Of a stretch of 32,000 nt of DNA, positions 16,000-24,424 are shown piece after piece (the first letter of the stretch is position 1; every line of letters starts with the position of its first letter). The position numbers were made by a program, and so were the translations under genes. Origin of the DNA: Candidatus Saccharimonadota bacterium (lineage in GTDB: Archaea > Micrarchaeota > Micrarchaeia > Micrarchaeales > Micrarchaeaceae). The DNA lies in NCBI GenBank assembly GCA_021654395.1, contig AP024486.1, positions 630,001 to 662,000 on the forward strand. The letters are read 5' to 3'. The notes beneath the pieces were generated by a model. It saw only the letters and a program-made list of their open reading frames with translations, was not told the origin of the DNA and searched no databases.

Positions 16000-16947
16000 T
16001 TAGCAAGATGTATATAAATATATCTGCTGCTTATAGTATCCCGGATATGTACCGTATGGTATATGCAGACCAAAGTATATAGAGTTAGATGTCGATGGAT
16101 TTGTTGGAGATGGAGCAGCAAGTGTTATGCCTGTTGGTGTAGGAGTACTTGTTAATGGAGTTCCATAGCTTGATACAATGCTATTATATGTTGTATTAGA
16201 TACACCAAACTGCAATGCATTATTTGCTTGATTGATCCAGTTTCCTCCACTTATAAATATCTGTGCCTGCGTATTTCCTCCATTATCATATAGGCTAACT
16301 AGTGAGTTTACTGGAGTATAATGACCTGGAGCTAAGCTGTTAAATGATATTGTATTTGGATATATATATAGATAGCATACTCCATTAACATACATTATTA
16401 CATTTGCTGTTATTTGATTAGAGGTTGTTCCATATGTATAATTCTTAAGATAGAATGTTATCTGCTGCGTATAGTTGCCTGCAGGGTATCCTGGAGGCAC
16501 ACTAACAGATGATATGGTTATAGTATTTGATTTGATATAGCTCTGTATTGTTGGAGCAGGAACTATAACACCAGTATCTGTAGGAGTGCTAGATAGCACT
16601 TTATTAGAATCATAAATTGTATTAGATACACCAAACTGCAATGCATTATTTGCTTGATTGATCCAGTTTCCTCCATATATTATTATATTACCAGCAACAT
16701 TACCTCCCCTGTCTTGTATTGTTATTATGCTATTTGTGTTAAAGTTTGAGTTTATAGCATTTGGATTAGCTGTTCCTATATAGTAGTTTGTCTGATTATT
16801 AGCAAAGTAAGCATATATAGCAGTTAGCACATTAGCTGTAGCAGTTATTAACTGATTACTAGAGGTATAGCCTTTAGCTATATATAGCATTGAAGTACTT
16901 AGCAGTAAGCCTATTAATGCTATAGCTGTCGCTTTTGTACTGGTCAT
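16000..16947 (-). CDS. secreted Thr/Asn/Tyr-rich protein made of two ~142-aa tandem beta-rich domains
   Basis: ATG at 16945-16947. The N-terminal MTSTKATAIALIGLLLSTSMLYIAKG is a Sec or class III (prepilin-like) signal. The internal duplication is marked by GGNWINQANNALQFGVSNT appearing twice, and each repeat ends in PG(Y/N)Y.QQI..Y. The stop is 11 nt upstream of the next gene's ATG. Confidence 0.75.
   Translation of the reverse strand: MTSTKATAIALIGLLLSTSMLYIAKGYTSSNQLITATANVLTAIYAYFANNQTNYYIGTANPNAINSNFNTNSIITIQDRGGNVAGNIIIYGGNWINQANNALQFGVSNTIYDSNKVLSSTPTDTGVIVPAPTIQSYIKSNTITISSVSVPPGYPAGNYTQQITFYLKNYTYGTTSNQITANVIMYVNGVCYLYIYPNTISFNSLAPGHYTPVNSLVSLYDNGGNTQAQIFISGGNWINQANNALQFGVSNTTYNSIVSSYGTPLTSTPTPTGITLAAPSPTNPSTSNSIYFGLHIPYGTYPGYYKQQIYLYTSC
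16191..16249. repeat. 59-nt perfect direct repeat, copy A (within CDS 16000-16947)
   Basis: ttgtattagatacaccaaactgcaatgcattatttgcttgattgatccagtttcctcca is identical, letter by letter, to 16617-16675. The offset is 426 nt, or 142 codons. Confidence 0.95.
16617..16675. repeat. 59-nt perfect direct repeat, copy B
   Basis: Identical to 16191-16249. Confidence 0.95.
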
Positions 16948-16987
16948 CCATTAAATATTATTATAAAAATATTTAAAATATTTTTCA

Positions 16988-18052
16988 TTAGGACTCTCTA
17001 TTTGCGGAGTAGTAAAGTAGCTGCTTCATTATGCTATTGTAATAGCTATCCTTTATAAGCTCATCTGTTAAAGCTAAAGCCTTATCTAAATAGCTCTTCT
17101 GTATGGATTTAGCATAATCTATAGCGTCTGTTTTGTATATATAGCTTAATGCCTCATCTATTAGAGCCCTATCCTTAGTATGTATCTTTAAGATATCCTT
17201 TAAACGCTCAGCCTCTTTTTTATCAAGCTTAGATAGCGCTCTAAGTAATATTAGTGTTATCTTTCCTTCTGATATATCCTCTCCAAGTATTCCTTTATTA
17301 TTAGATACATTGCTCTTCTGAATATTTAGAATATCATCCTGAATCTGAAAGATTATACCAAGATACCTTCCTATATCCTGAAGCTTAGATATCTCTGAAT
17401 CGCTTAGGCCTGCTATCACTCCACCTATTCCCATAGCTATAGATGTTAGAGCGCCAGTCTTATCCACAACCATCCTTATATATTCGCTTTCGCTTATAGA
17501 TGTATTTACTTCATTATGCCACACAATATCCATCCCTTGTCCTATACCAAGCTTCACCATCTCTGTTAAGCATATATCAAGTATCTTATACTTCTTATCT
17601 TTATCGAGCTTCTTACTATCAAGTATCGCAAAGAATGGAAGGAATAGCATAACATCTCCAAGATTTAATGCTATAGGTAGACCATACTTTATATGTACTG
17701 CATAAGCGCCTCTTCTTTTTTCTGAGTTATCCTCTATATCATCATGTATCAGTGTTGCTGTATGTATGACCTCTGGTACTATAGAGAACTCTATATATCT
17801 ATTGCTATCTACACCAAATGCCTCCATAGAGAATATAGTTAATAGGCATCTTAATCTCTTTCCTCCAAGCGATATAAGATACTCTGCAGGCTCTTTTATT
17901 GCTTTATCTATTGCCTCTTTATTATAATCGTAATCGAACTTCGCCTTTGATTTTAGATAATCTGTTGATAGAAATCTATCTAGATTCTCTTTTAATGCCT
18001 TATTAACAAGCTCTAATCTTTTATGCATCCATTCGTTTAGCTCGCTCTCCAT
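16988..18052 (-). CDS. trans-polyprenyl diphosphate synthase (probable geranylgeranyl diphosphate synthase)
   Basis: The first aspartate-rich motif is LIHDDIEDNSEKRRG. The second motif region is FQIQDDILN, followed by GEDISEGKITL. At 354 aa it is typical of an archaeal short-chain trans-IPPS. Confidence 0.88.
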   Translation of the reverse strand: MESELNEWMHKRLELVNKALKENLDRFLSTDYLKSKAKFDYDYNKEAIDKAIKEPAEYLISLGGKRLRCLLTIFSMEAFGVDSNRYIEFSIVPEVIHTATLIHDDIEDNSEKRRGAYAVHIKYGLPIALNLGDVMLFLPFFAILDSKKLDKDKKYKILDICLTEMVKLGIGQGMDIVWHNEVNTSISESEYIRMVVDKTGALTSIAMGIGGVIAGLSDSEISKLQDIGRYLGIIFQIQDDILNIQKSNVSNNKGILGEDISEGKITLILLRALSKLDKKEAERLKDILKIHTKDRALIDEALSYIYKTDAIDYAKSIQKSYLDKALALTDELIKDSYYNSIMKQLLYYSANRES

Positions 18053-18230
18053 CTATATCTACTCTATCTATATAAAATACTTAAGATAATCTTATAAAGA
18101 TAATTACTATATTGTGCAAGATTTAATCTAACCTTATTAATTTTTATAGTAATCCTGTAGCTTTCTAATAAAAGAGCTGCAGCTATAGTAAGCTTTAAAT
18201 TTATTCTATATGTATCATTAATTGATAGAT

Positions 18231-19019
18231 ATGGGATATCAGTTTAACGATCCTTACAAGAACCAGCCATTAGAGTTCGATATAGTTAGCATAGATGAGA
18301 TGGAGGTTGTTGATACACAGAGAAGGCCAAGTAAGCAGAATGTTGAGGCATTGATAAACTCTATATCTAAGATAGGCTTTATAACACCTATAATAGTATT
18401 CAAAGATAATAGTAGATACTTTATAATAGATGGACAGCACAGATTCTTAGCAGCCAGACAGCTAGGGATAACTAAGCTTCCTGTTATAATAGTACCTAAG
18501 AGCATAAAGGATCTGCTTCTTAATCTAAATACAGAGAAAGAACCAAATATAAGAGAGAGATCTTACATAGCTCTTAATGTATATAGAAATTATATGAAGC
18601 TTAATCCAGATATTAAGGAATCTGATCCTATAGTATTTGACTCTATACAAGAGCCTTACTTCGTTACATTAGGAATAGCTTATGAGAAGGATATGCATCT
18701 GGCTGGTAGCAGTATAGCTACAGTAATAAAGAAAGCAGATGGCCTAATAGATAAAGATATAAATGAGGCTTATAAGGAAAGAGAGCATAGAGCAGATCTA
18801 GTACTTACTGCTAATCAGATTATAAAAGAGATTGTGGAAGATATAAGGGCTAAGGGTGCTTGGAATCCATTTGTATATCAGTCTATAATATCACATACAA
18901 ACCCTTATAAGAAGAAGAGAAAGATTGGAGAGAGCTTCGATGACTTAATGAAAGAGTTTATATCAAAGTTAAACGCTCTGAAAGAGGATCCAACTCCTAT
19001 AATAGGAGCAAGAGAGTAA
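18231..19019 (+). CDS. ParB/sulfiredoxin-fold protein with DGQHR motif
   Basis: VSIDEMEVVDTQRRPS..NVEALINSISKIGFITPIIVFKD..YFIIDGQHRFLAARQLGITKLPVIIV fits the ParB N-terminal (Srx-like) domain with the DGQHR variant of the GxxR box, followed by a helical C-terminal half. The ORF-track start 18222 is TTG; the ATG is at 18231. Confidence 0.72.
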   Translation: MGYQFNDPYKNQPLEFDIVSIDEMEVVDTQRRPSKQNVEALINSISKIGFITPIIVFKDNSRYFIIDGQHRFLAARQLGITKLPVIIVPKSIKDLLLNLNTEKEPNIRERSYIALNVYRNYMKLNPDIKESDPIVFDSIQEPYFVTLGIAYEKDMHLAGSSIATVIKKADGLIDKDINEAYKEREHRADLVLTANQIIKEIVEDIRAKGAWNPFVYQSIISHTNPYKKKRKIGESFDDLMKEFISKLNALKEDPTPIIGARE

Positions 19020-19108
19020 AGCTTATATATGCCTTAAGATGCTATTTCCTATCTCTTTAAGTATATAGAAAATCTATATATATCTTGTTCTAACATATAA
19101 TATAATCT

Positions 19109-20251
19109 ATGAACGTCAACAATAATGGGTCTTTACATATTAGAGAAGATAATCTAAATGCAAAGATAGTAAAGTATAAAGTATTCGAGTCTAACCTAAA
19201 AGGCATAGATAAGATTATAGAGCACTTAAAGAGTATCTCTTCAGCGAAGGACTCTTTAAAGGTTAGTATAGTGCTTTCTAGGCAGTTCTTCGCTCCAAAC
19301 ACAGAGACTGCCTCTCTATTTGCATACTCCATATATCTATTTAAGAGGCTGCAGGAGGCACTAAAAGATAAGAGAGTAGAGGTTACATTAAATCTAATTA
19401 GCTTTACTAGAGATCGATATCTAGAAAGCAACCAATATAAAAGAACTTTAGTAAATATGCCCGCATTATATATAGGCGAGGATAATGGTATTAGAGTTCG
19501 TAATATGATAAGTCAGGATCTATCAAGAGGGATTAGCAGCAGTATGAGGATTGGAGATATAATACTTAGAGAGGATCATATTAAAGCGCTTGTAGATCTG
19601 GGCTATAATAACTCTAATTATAATAAAGAAGGTAGATTACCAGATTATATTCATGACACATTAATTAAGAACATAGAAGATATTATAAAGCCTTTAATTG
19701 ATGGAGCTGTTAGCTCTGAGCTAAAAGAAGAGGGCGATGCTAAGATAGTGCGTTTTGTAAAGGAGAATGGCTCTTCATTATCTGTAATTATTAGAGATAT
19801 AGGAGAGGTAGAGGGTGCAGATAATGCATATGCTGCAATTAAGAGCCATATAAAACATATCTCAGATAAGCATGAAATAGACCTTATTCTTTATGCAGAG
19901 GATGATCCAAATAACTATAGAGATACAAAGCCAGAGATCTATGAAGGGATAACTAGTATTGTAAGCGAATTAAGAAATGCTGCTCTGTTACTGCTACATA
20001 GCACAGAAGAGATTAGAGTAATGTTTGAGTCAAAGAATGAGCTTTATAATAGGCTATCTGGAAAAGGTCTAAAGAGGAATACTCCGATAGACTTTTTATT
20101 TATTGACAAGAGATCTTTCAGAGAAACTTTAAGAAAATTCCTAGAAGGTAAGCATGAAGACTTCTGGTCAGCACTTATTCACTATATAGAAAGCTCAATG
20201 AATCGCGCTAGAGAACCATTAGCGATAATAATAAAGCAGCAGACCACCTAA
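19109..20251 (+). CDS. hypothetical protein (380 aa), mixed alpha/beta, no recognisable motif
   Basis: ATG at 19109 with a TATA-like AAATCTATATATATC at about -25 to -35. It lies 89 nt downstream of the ParB-like gene on the same strand. The antisense ORF 19090-19431 is a shadow. Confidence 0.7.
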   Translation: MNVNNNGSLHIREDNLNAKIVKYKVFESNLKGIDKIIEHLKSISSAKDSLKVSIVLSRQFFAPNTETASLFAYSIYLFKRLQEALKDKRVEVTLNLISFTRDRYLESNQYKRTLVNMPALYIGEDNGIRVRNMISQDLSRGISSSMRIGDIILREDHIKALVDLGYNNSNYNKEGRLPDYIHDTLIKNIEDIIKPLIDGAVSSELKEEGDAKIVRFVKENGSSLSVIIRDIGEVEGADNAYAAIKSHIKHISDKHEIDLILYAEDDPNNYRDTKPEIYEGITSIVSELRNAALLLLHSTEEIRVMFESKNELYNRLSGKGLKRNTPIDFLFIDKRSFRETLRKFLEGKHEDFWSALIHYIESSMNRAREPLAIIIKQQTT

Positions 20252-20294
20252 GAGCTTAAAGATAGATTATTAACCTCTTTATAAAAAATTATTG

Positions 20295-21242
20295 ATGATT
20301 GTTATGAAGATAGATTACTTCTTTAATATACTAGAGAGGCTTGAAGCACTTGCACCAAGAAGCTTAGAGAATGAGAATAAGGCAGCGGAGCTTATTAAGA
20401 GAGAGTTAGAAGAGAGCGGAATAGATTTTATAACTCAAGAGTTTGATAATTATATTCCTTATGATAAAGGCTCTTATATAAAGACAGATAATGATAAGAT
20501 AGAAGGCAGAGGATGCTCATTTGAGGCTGGAAGCTTTGAGGATAAGAATATCTTTACAAGTACATACTTAGATCTAGATATAGATATAAGCAATATAAAC
20601 TATAATCCTTACTCTTATGGCTTATCAGTCCCTTTATTCTTTAAGAGTCCGTCAATAGCTGTAAGAAGAAAGGATATACATAAGATATTAGATGCAGAAG
20701 CAGTAGAAGTAAGTGTCAATATAGAGAAGAGAAAGCATAGATGCATGAATATAATAGCAGGCAATATAAAGAATCCTAGGAGTATACTATTTGCTCATTA
20801 TGATACAATCCTAAAAGGAGCAGATGATGATGGAAGTGGTGTAGCGCTACTTCTCAGTATGTTAAAAGATAATGATATAGACTATAAAGAGAATGCAGTT
20901 GTCTTCTCTGGCTGTGAGGAGCTCTCCTACGACTATCCATACTACTGGGGATACGGCTACAGAGTCTTTGAAGAGAGCTATAAGAAGGAGCTCGAGTCAT
21001 CAGAGATAGTTGTTGTTGATATGATAGGCTTAACTAAGCCAAGCCTAATAGACAATGAGCTAAAGATACAAGCATTCCCAGTTAATAATAAGGATCTTAT
21101 AGATAGAATGCTTCTTATAAGCGAGAGTAATGAGAAGGAATGGATAAAGTACTATCATTCTGATATAGACAATATAGACCTACTTAAGAGAGACTATGTT
21201 GAAGAGGCGAGTAAGCTCGTGAAGCAGCTTATAAAGAGATGA
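20295..21242 (+). CDS. M28-family metallopeptidase (aminopeptidase-like)
   Basis: ILFAHYDTILKGADDDGSGVALLLSML (His, then the Asp-containing GA.D..SG motif), FSGCEELS (the EE position) and YYHSDIDNIDLL (terminal His..D) follow the M28 zinc-ligand order. The start is ambiguous (TTG 20292, ATG 20295 or 20304). Confidence 0.7.
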   Translation: MIVMKIDYFFNILERLEALAPRSLENENKAAELIKRELEESGIDFITQEFDNYIPYDKGSYIKTDNDKIEGRGCSFEAGSFEDKNIFTSTYLDLDIDISNINYNPYSYGLSVPLFFKSPSIAVRRKDIHKILDAEAVEVSVNIEKRKHRCMNIIAGNIKNPRSILFAHYDTILKGADDDGSGVALLLSMLKDNDIDYKENAVVFSGCEELSYDYPYYWGYGYRVFEESYKKELESSEIVVVDMIGLTKPSLIDNELKIQAFPVNNKDLIDRMLLISESNEKEWIKYYHSDIDNIDLLKRDYVEEASKLVKQLIKR

Positions 21243-21312
21243 ATAATTTAATTATACGGCTTTGCTATTACTTGCTCTTGTCTCATAGATAGCGCTAGAC
21301 TTTAGAGCTAAG

Positions 21313-21969
21313 CTACCTGCGTACATATCTGTTATTTTCTTCATTGATTTCATTCATATCTAATACTGCCTCGCTTATTGTATGCTTTATATCATATAAT
21401 CTGCTTATCGCATTTACTTTATACTGAAGCTCCATATAATCATCTCTATTTATAGCTGATATGCGCTCGTTTATGTAATCAATTATAGTCTTACCGTATA
21501 CATCTCTCTTGTTTATATCTGCTCTTTTTAATATCATCTTTCTTAATAGATCCAAGCCTTTATGGAATAGCTCATCAGACTCTGCGCTTACTAGAGAATC
21601 TACTAGGAAGAATAGTGCAGTACGCTTGTTCTTATTATACACCTTATTAAGATCTGCGCCATAATCTATTAGAGTATCAGCAACCTTAATAGACAGAAGC
21701 GTTGAAGCATACATCAAAGGAGTAAGACCTTCTGAATCTCCCTTATTTATATCAACTCTATCGTTATCTATCATAATTAAGGCTACCTTTTCATCTTTAG
21801 CTATTGCATGAAATATTAAAGGACGGCCGTTCACTTCAGCGTTTGGGTCTAGACGCTTATTTTCTAGAAGCTCTTTAACTTTATTATAATCTTTTGAGCT
21901 TATCGCTTTATACATCTGTACAGCTAGACTCTTATCATATCTAGTTCCAAATATCTTCCTAATATTCAT
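21313..21969 (-). CDS. ankyrin-repeat protein
   Basis: GRPLIFHAIAKDEKVALIMI..DINKGDSEGLTPLMYASTLLSIKVADTLIDYGADLNK fits the ANK consensus (TPLH.A......v..LL..GAd.N). The ORF-track start 21978 is GTG; the ATG is at 21969. Confidence 0.8.
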   Translation of the reverse strand: MNIRKIFGTRYDKSLAVQMYKAISSKDYNKVKELLENKRLDPNAEVNGRPLIFHAIAKDEKVALIMIDNDRVDINKGDSEGLTPLMYASTLLSIKVADTLIDYGADLNKVYNKNKRTALFFLVDSLVSAESDELFHKGLDLLRKMILKRADINKRDVYGKTIIDYINERISAINRDDYMELQYKVNAISRLYDIKHTISEAVLDMNEINEENNRYVRR

Positions 21970-22082
21970 AAATATCACTTGTTCTAATAGCTTAGACTGA
22001 TATTAATATATAAAGCTTTAGGGAAAGATTTTTAAGATAAGTAGCAATAAAGAGAAAGAGATAGCTTAGTTATAGATATTAT

Positions 22083-22655
22083 CTAACCTTTATTAAAACA
22101 CTCTCTGCATCTAGGCTCGTATATATCCTTTCCACCTACTAGTATTCTCTCATTGCTATTACTAATCTTTCTGTATGTAAATGCTGCCTCCTCACCGCAT
22201 ACAGCGCAGACAGCAGTAAGAGAGTGGATCTCGTCTGCTATAGCTAATACCTTCTGAGCTATACTGAAAGGGACTCCTTTATAATCTCTATTTAGAGTAG
22301 CAAGATACACAAGCTTCCTTGAATTCGCTAGCTCATTAACTAGCTTCTCTAAGCCAGAATCATCACTCCAGAACTGTGCCTCATCAATACCTATAACATC
22401 GTAAGATGCTGCCTTATCTCTAATTACCTCTACGCCATCTTTATCTGTCTTCACTCTTACTGCATCTAATCCAAGACCATCATGAGATACAACCTTATCT
22501 AACGAATATCTATCATCTATATCTGGCTTAAATAGTATAACCTTATGACCTGCATAGCTTTCCCTTTTAAGAAGCTGTATAAGTCTAGATGTCTTCCCTG
22601 CAAACATAGGGCCAGTTATAACAACAAGCTTCCCTCTTCTTATCTCAGGAGGCAT
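22083..22655 (-). CDS. tdk: thymidine kinase
   Basis: GKLVVITGPMFAGKTSRLIQ (P-loop), VIGIDEAQFW, and the C-terminal zinc-ribbon cysteines CAVCG...CRECF. The ORF-track start 22664 is GTG; the ATG is at 22655. Confidence 0.93.
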   Translation of the reverse strand: MPPEIRRGKLVVITGPMFAGKTSRLIQLLKRESYAGHKVILFKPDIDDRYSLDKVVSHDGLGLDAVRVKTDKDGVEVIRDKAASYDVIGIDEAQFWSDDSGLEKLVNELANSRKLVYLATLNRDYKGVPFSIAQKVLAIADEIHSLTAVCAVCGEEAAFTYRKISNSNERILVGGKDIYEPRCRECFNKG

Positions 22656-22716
22656 GAACCACACCAGATAACTATTTCAATTTAAAAAAATAAAAAGATA
22701 ATCTGAATCTATTAGC

Positions 22717-23433
22717 TCAGACTTTAAAGTCTCTTATACCAAAGCTCTCTAGTATATCTCTTTTACTATACTTACCTCCTCTCTCGTATAGCATCTCGAT
22801 TATCTTATACAGATTGTTAAGCTTATCTTCATCTATCTGCTCTAGCTTCTTTAATCTTTTAAGATGTCCTAGCTCTTCTAATGCCACATCTAATGCAGTC
22901 CTTCCCGCGTTATCCTTTATATTCGGATCCGCTCCATACTCTAAAAGCAACGAAACAGTCTCTGGATATGGAGCTAAGCTCTCTATAAGGCAGATAAGAG
23001 GCGTATCTCCATATACGTCTCTTTTGTTAGGATCTGCTCCTCTATCAAGAAGCAGCTTTATTGCAAGCGAATTATCAGATTCAGCAGCGATGTGCAGATA
23101 TCTTTTCTTACCACTTAAGGATATATTAGGATTGAAGTCCTCTCTATTTATAATTAAAGCATCAACTCTATCACTATACTCGTCCTCAGTTAGATAAAGA
23201 TCGTAATGGCTTGATTCATACCTAGAAAGTATTAATGAGAGCGGAGTTACACCATCTATTGAGGCATTTATATCAACCTCTCTATCCTTAATAAGCTCTG
23301 CAGCTGTATCATAATCGTTATCTCTTATAGCCGCAAATAGCTTAATTGTTTTATCATAGCTATAGCCTTTAGATCTTTTAAGCTCATTAATCTTAGATAC
23401 AAAGTCTCTATACTTTCGCTTAAATATGCTCAT
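22717..23433 (-). CDS. ankyrin-repeat protein (paralog of 23484-24308)
   Basis: RYLHIAAESDNSLAIKLLLDRGADPNKRDVYGDTPLICLIES..VSLLLEYGADPNIKDNAGRTALDVA contains clear ANK repeats. The C-terminus is ..DILESFGIRDFKV. Confidence 0.85.
   Translation of the reverse strand: MSIFKRKYRDFVSKINELKRSKGYSYDKTIKLFAAIRDNDYDTAAELIKDREVDINASIDGVTPLSLILSRYESSHYDLYLTEDEYSDRVDALIINREDFNPNISLSGKKRYLHIAAESDNSLAIKLLLDRGADPNKRDVYGDTPLICLIESLAPYPETVSLLLEYGADPNIKDNAGRTALDVALEELGHLKRLKKLEQIDEDKLNNLYKIIEMLYERGGKYSKRDILESFGIRDFKV
23044..23078. repeat. 35-nt exact block shared by the two ankyrin paralogs (copy 1; 51/56 identity over 23032-23087)
   Basis: ttgttaggatctgctcctctatcaagaagcagctt is identical to 23773-23807. 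It encodes the LLLDRGADPNK segment on the minus strand. Confidence 0.9.
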
Positions 23434-23483
23434 ATACTAATCATCTAACTAAATTAATATATTATATTTAAAGCCGATATTAG

Positions 23484-24308
23484 CTAATCCCTTCTTATTC
23501 CAGAGTCTCCTAATATATCTTTCTTACTCCTTGCACCATAATTAATAAGCAGATCTTGAATCTCAAGAAGCTCCTCTATATCTTTGTCTGTATAGCTATC
23601 TCTTAAGACTCTTGCTTTATTTATCCTCTCTGAGATAAGATCTAAAGCAGTCTTATCGAGATGCTCTGCATTAGGATCTGCTTCATGCTCTAGAAGCATT
23701 CTAACTATCTCTATATCTGGATGTGGATCTGAGAGAGCAGCATGTAGCGCATTAGCACCATATACATCTTTCTTGTTAGGATCTGCTCCTCTATCAAGAA
23801 GCAGCTTAACTGCAAGATAGTTCTTTAGTAGTATAGCCATATGCAGATATGGAGTGCCATCTATTGATCTATTAGGATAAAAGTCATCTCTCTTTATTAT
23901 CCTATACTCTATTCTCTCTTTTATATCCTCTTCATTTAGATATATATCCTCTCTCTGAGATCCAGCTATTAGAAGTACTCTGCTAAATGCATCGTAATAT
24001 CTCCTACCAAGCTTCACTATATGATTTATATCTGCCTTTCTATTTTCTATGAGCTTACTCGCCTCTTCTAAATCAAATGAGGCTTCACTACCAGTCTCTA
24101 GATCTATTCCTAATGCAAGATATAGTCTTTTAGTTATCTTATCGTCATATCTAAATCTACTATAAAGATTCTCATACAGCCTCCTTAATTCTTCTCCTGG
24201 TTCAGTAGATCTTATATGCAGCTTTTTTAACTTATAGCTACTCTTTACATTAAGCACACGCAATCTAGAAGCTATGCTATCTATTGCGCTCTTAAGCTTA
24301 GATCTCAT
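23484..24308 (-). CDS. ankyrin-repeat protein (paralog of 22717-23433)
   Basis: TPYLHMAILLKNYLAVKLLLDRGADPNKKDVYGANALHAALSD..VRMLLEHEADPNAE. The C-terminus is ..DILGDSGIRRD. It shares a 35-nt exact DNA block with its paralog. Confidence 0.85.
   Translation of the reverse strand: MRSKLKSAIDSIASRLRVLNVKSSYKLKKLHIRSTEPGEELRRLYENLYSRFRYDDKITKRLYLALGIDLETGSEASFDLEEASKLIENRKADINHIVKLGRRYYDAFSRVLLIAGSQREDIYLNEEDIKERIEYRIIKRDDFYPNRSIDGTPYLHMAILLKNYLAVKLLLDRGADPNKKDVYGANALHAALSDPHPDIEIVRMLLEHEADPNAEHLDKTALDLISERINKARVLRDSYTDKDIEELLEIQDLLINYGARSKKDILGDSGIRRD
23773..23807. repeat. 35-nt exact block shared by the two ankyrin paralogs (copy 2)
   Basis: Identical to 23044-23078. Confidence 0.9.
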
Positions 24309-24424
24309 ACTCTCACTAAACTACTTGTAATCTAATAGGCTATAAAGAGATATTTAAAGCTTTACTCTACTTCTTAAAAGATATTTAAATATTTTGCTTG
24401 TTATAAGGCTCTTTATATCAAGCT

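Noticed and set aside
16000-16006. Apparent 7-nt overlap between genes 16000-16947 and 15290-16006, which could have suggested translational coupling.
   Set aside because: The overlap depends on a TTG start at 16006. The ATG at 15988 gives a much better signal-peptide N-terminus (MNKDFAK...), leaving an 11-nt spacer instead of an overlap.
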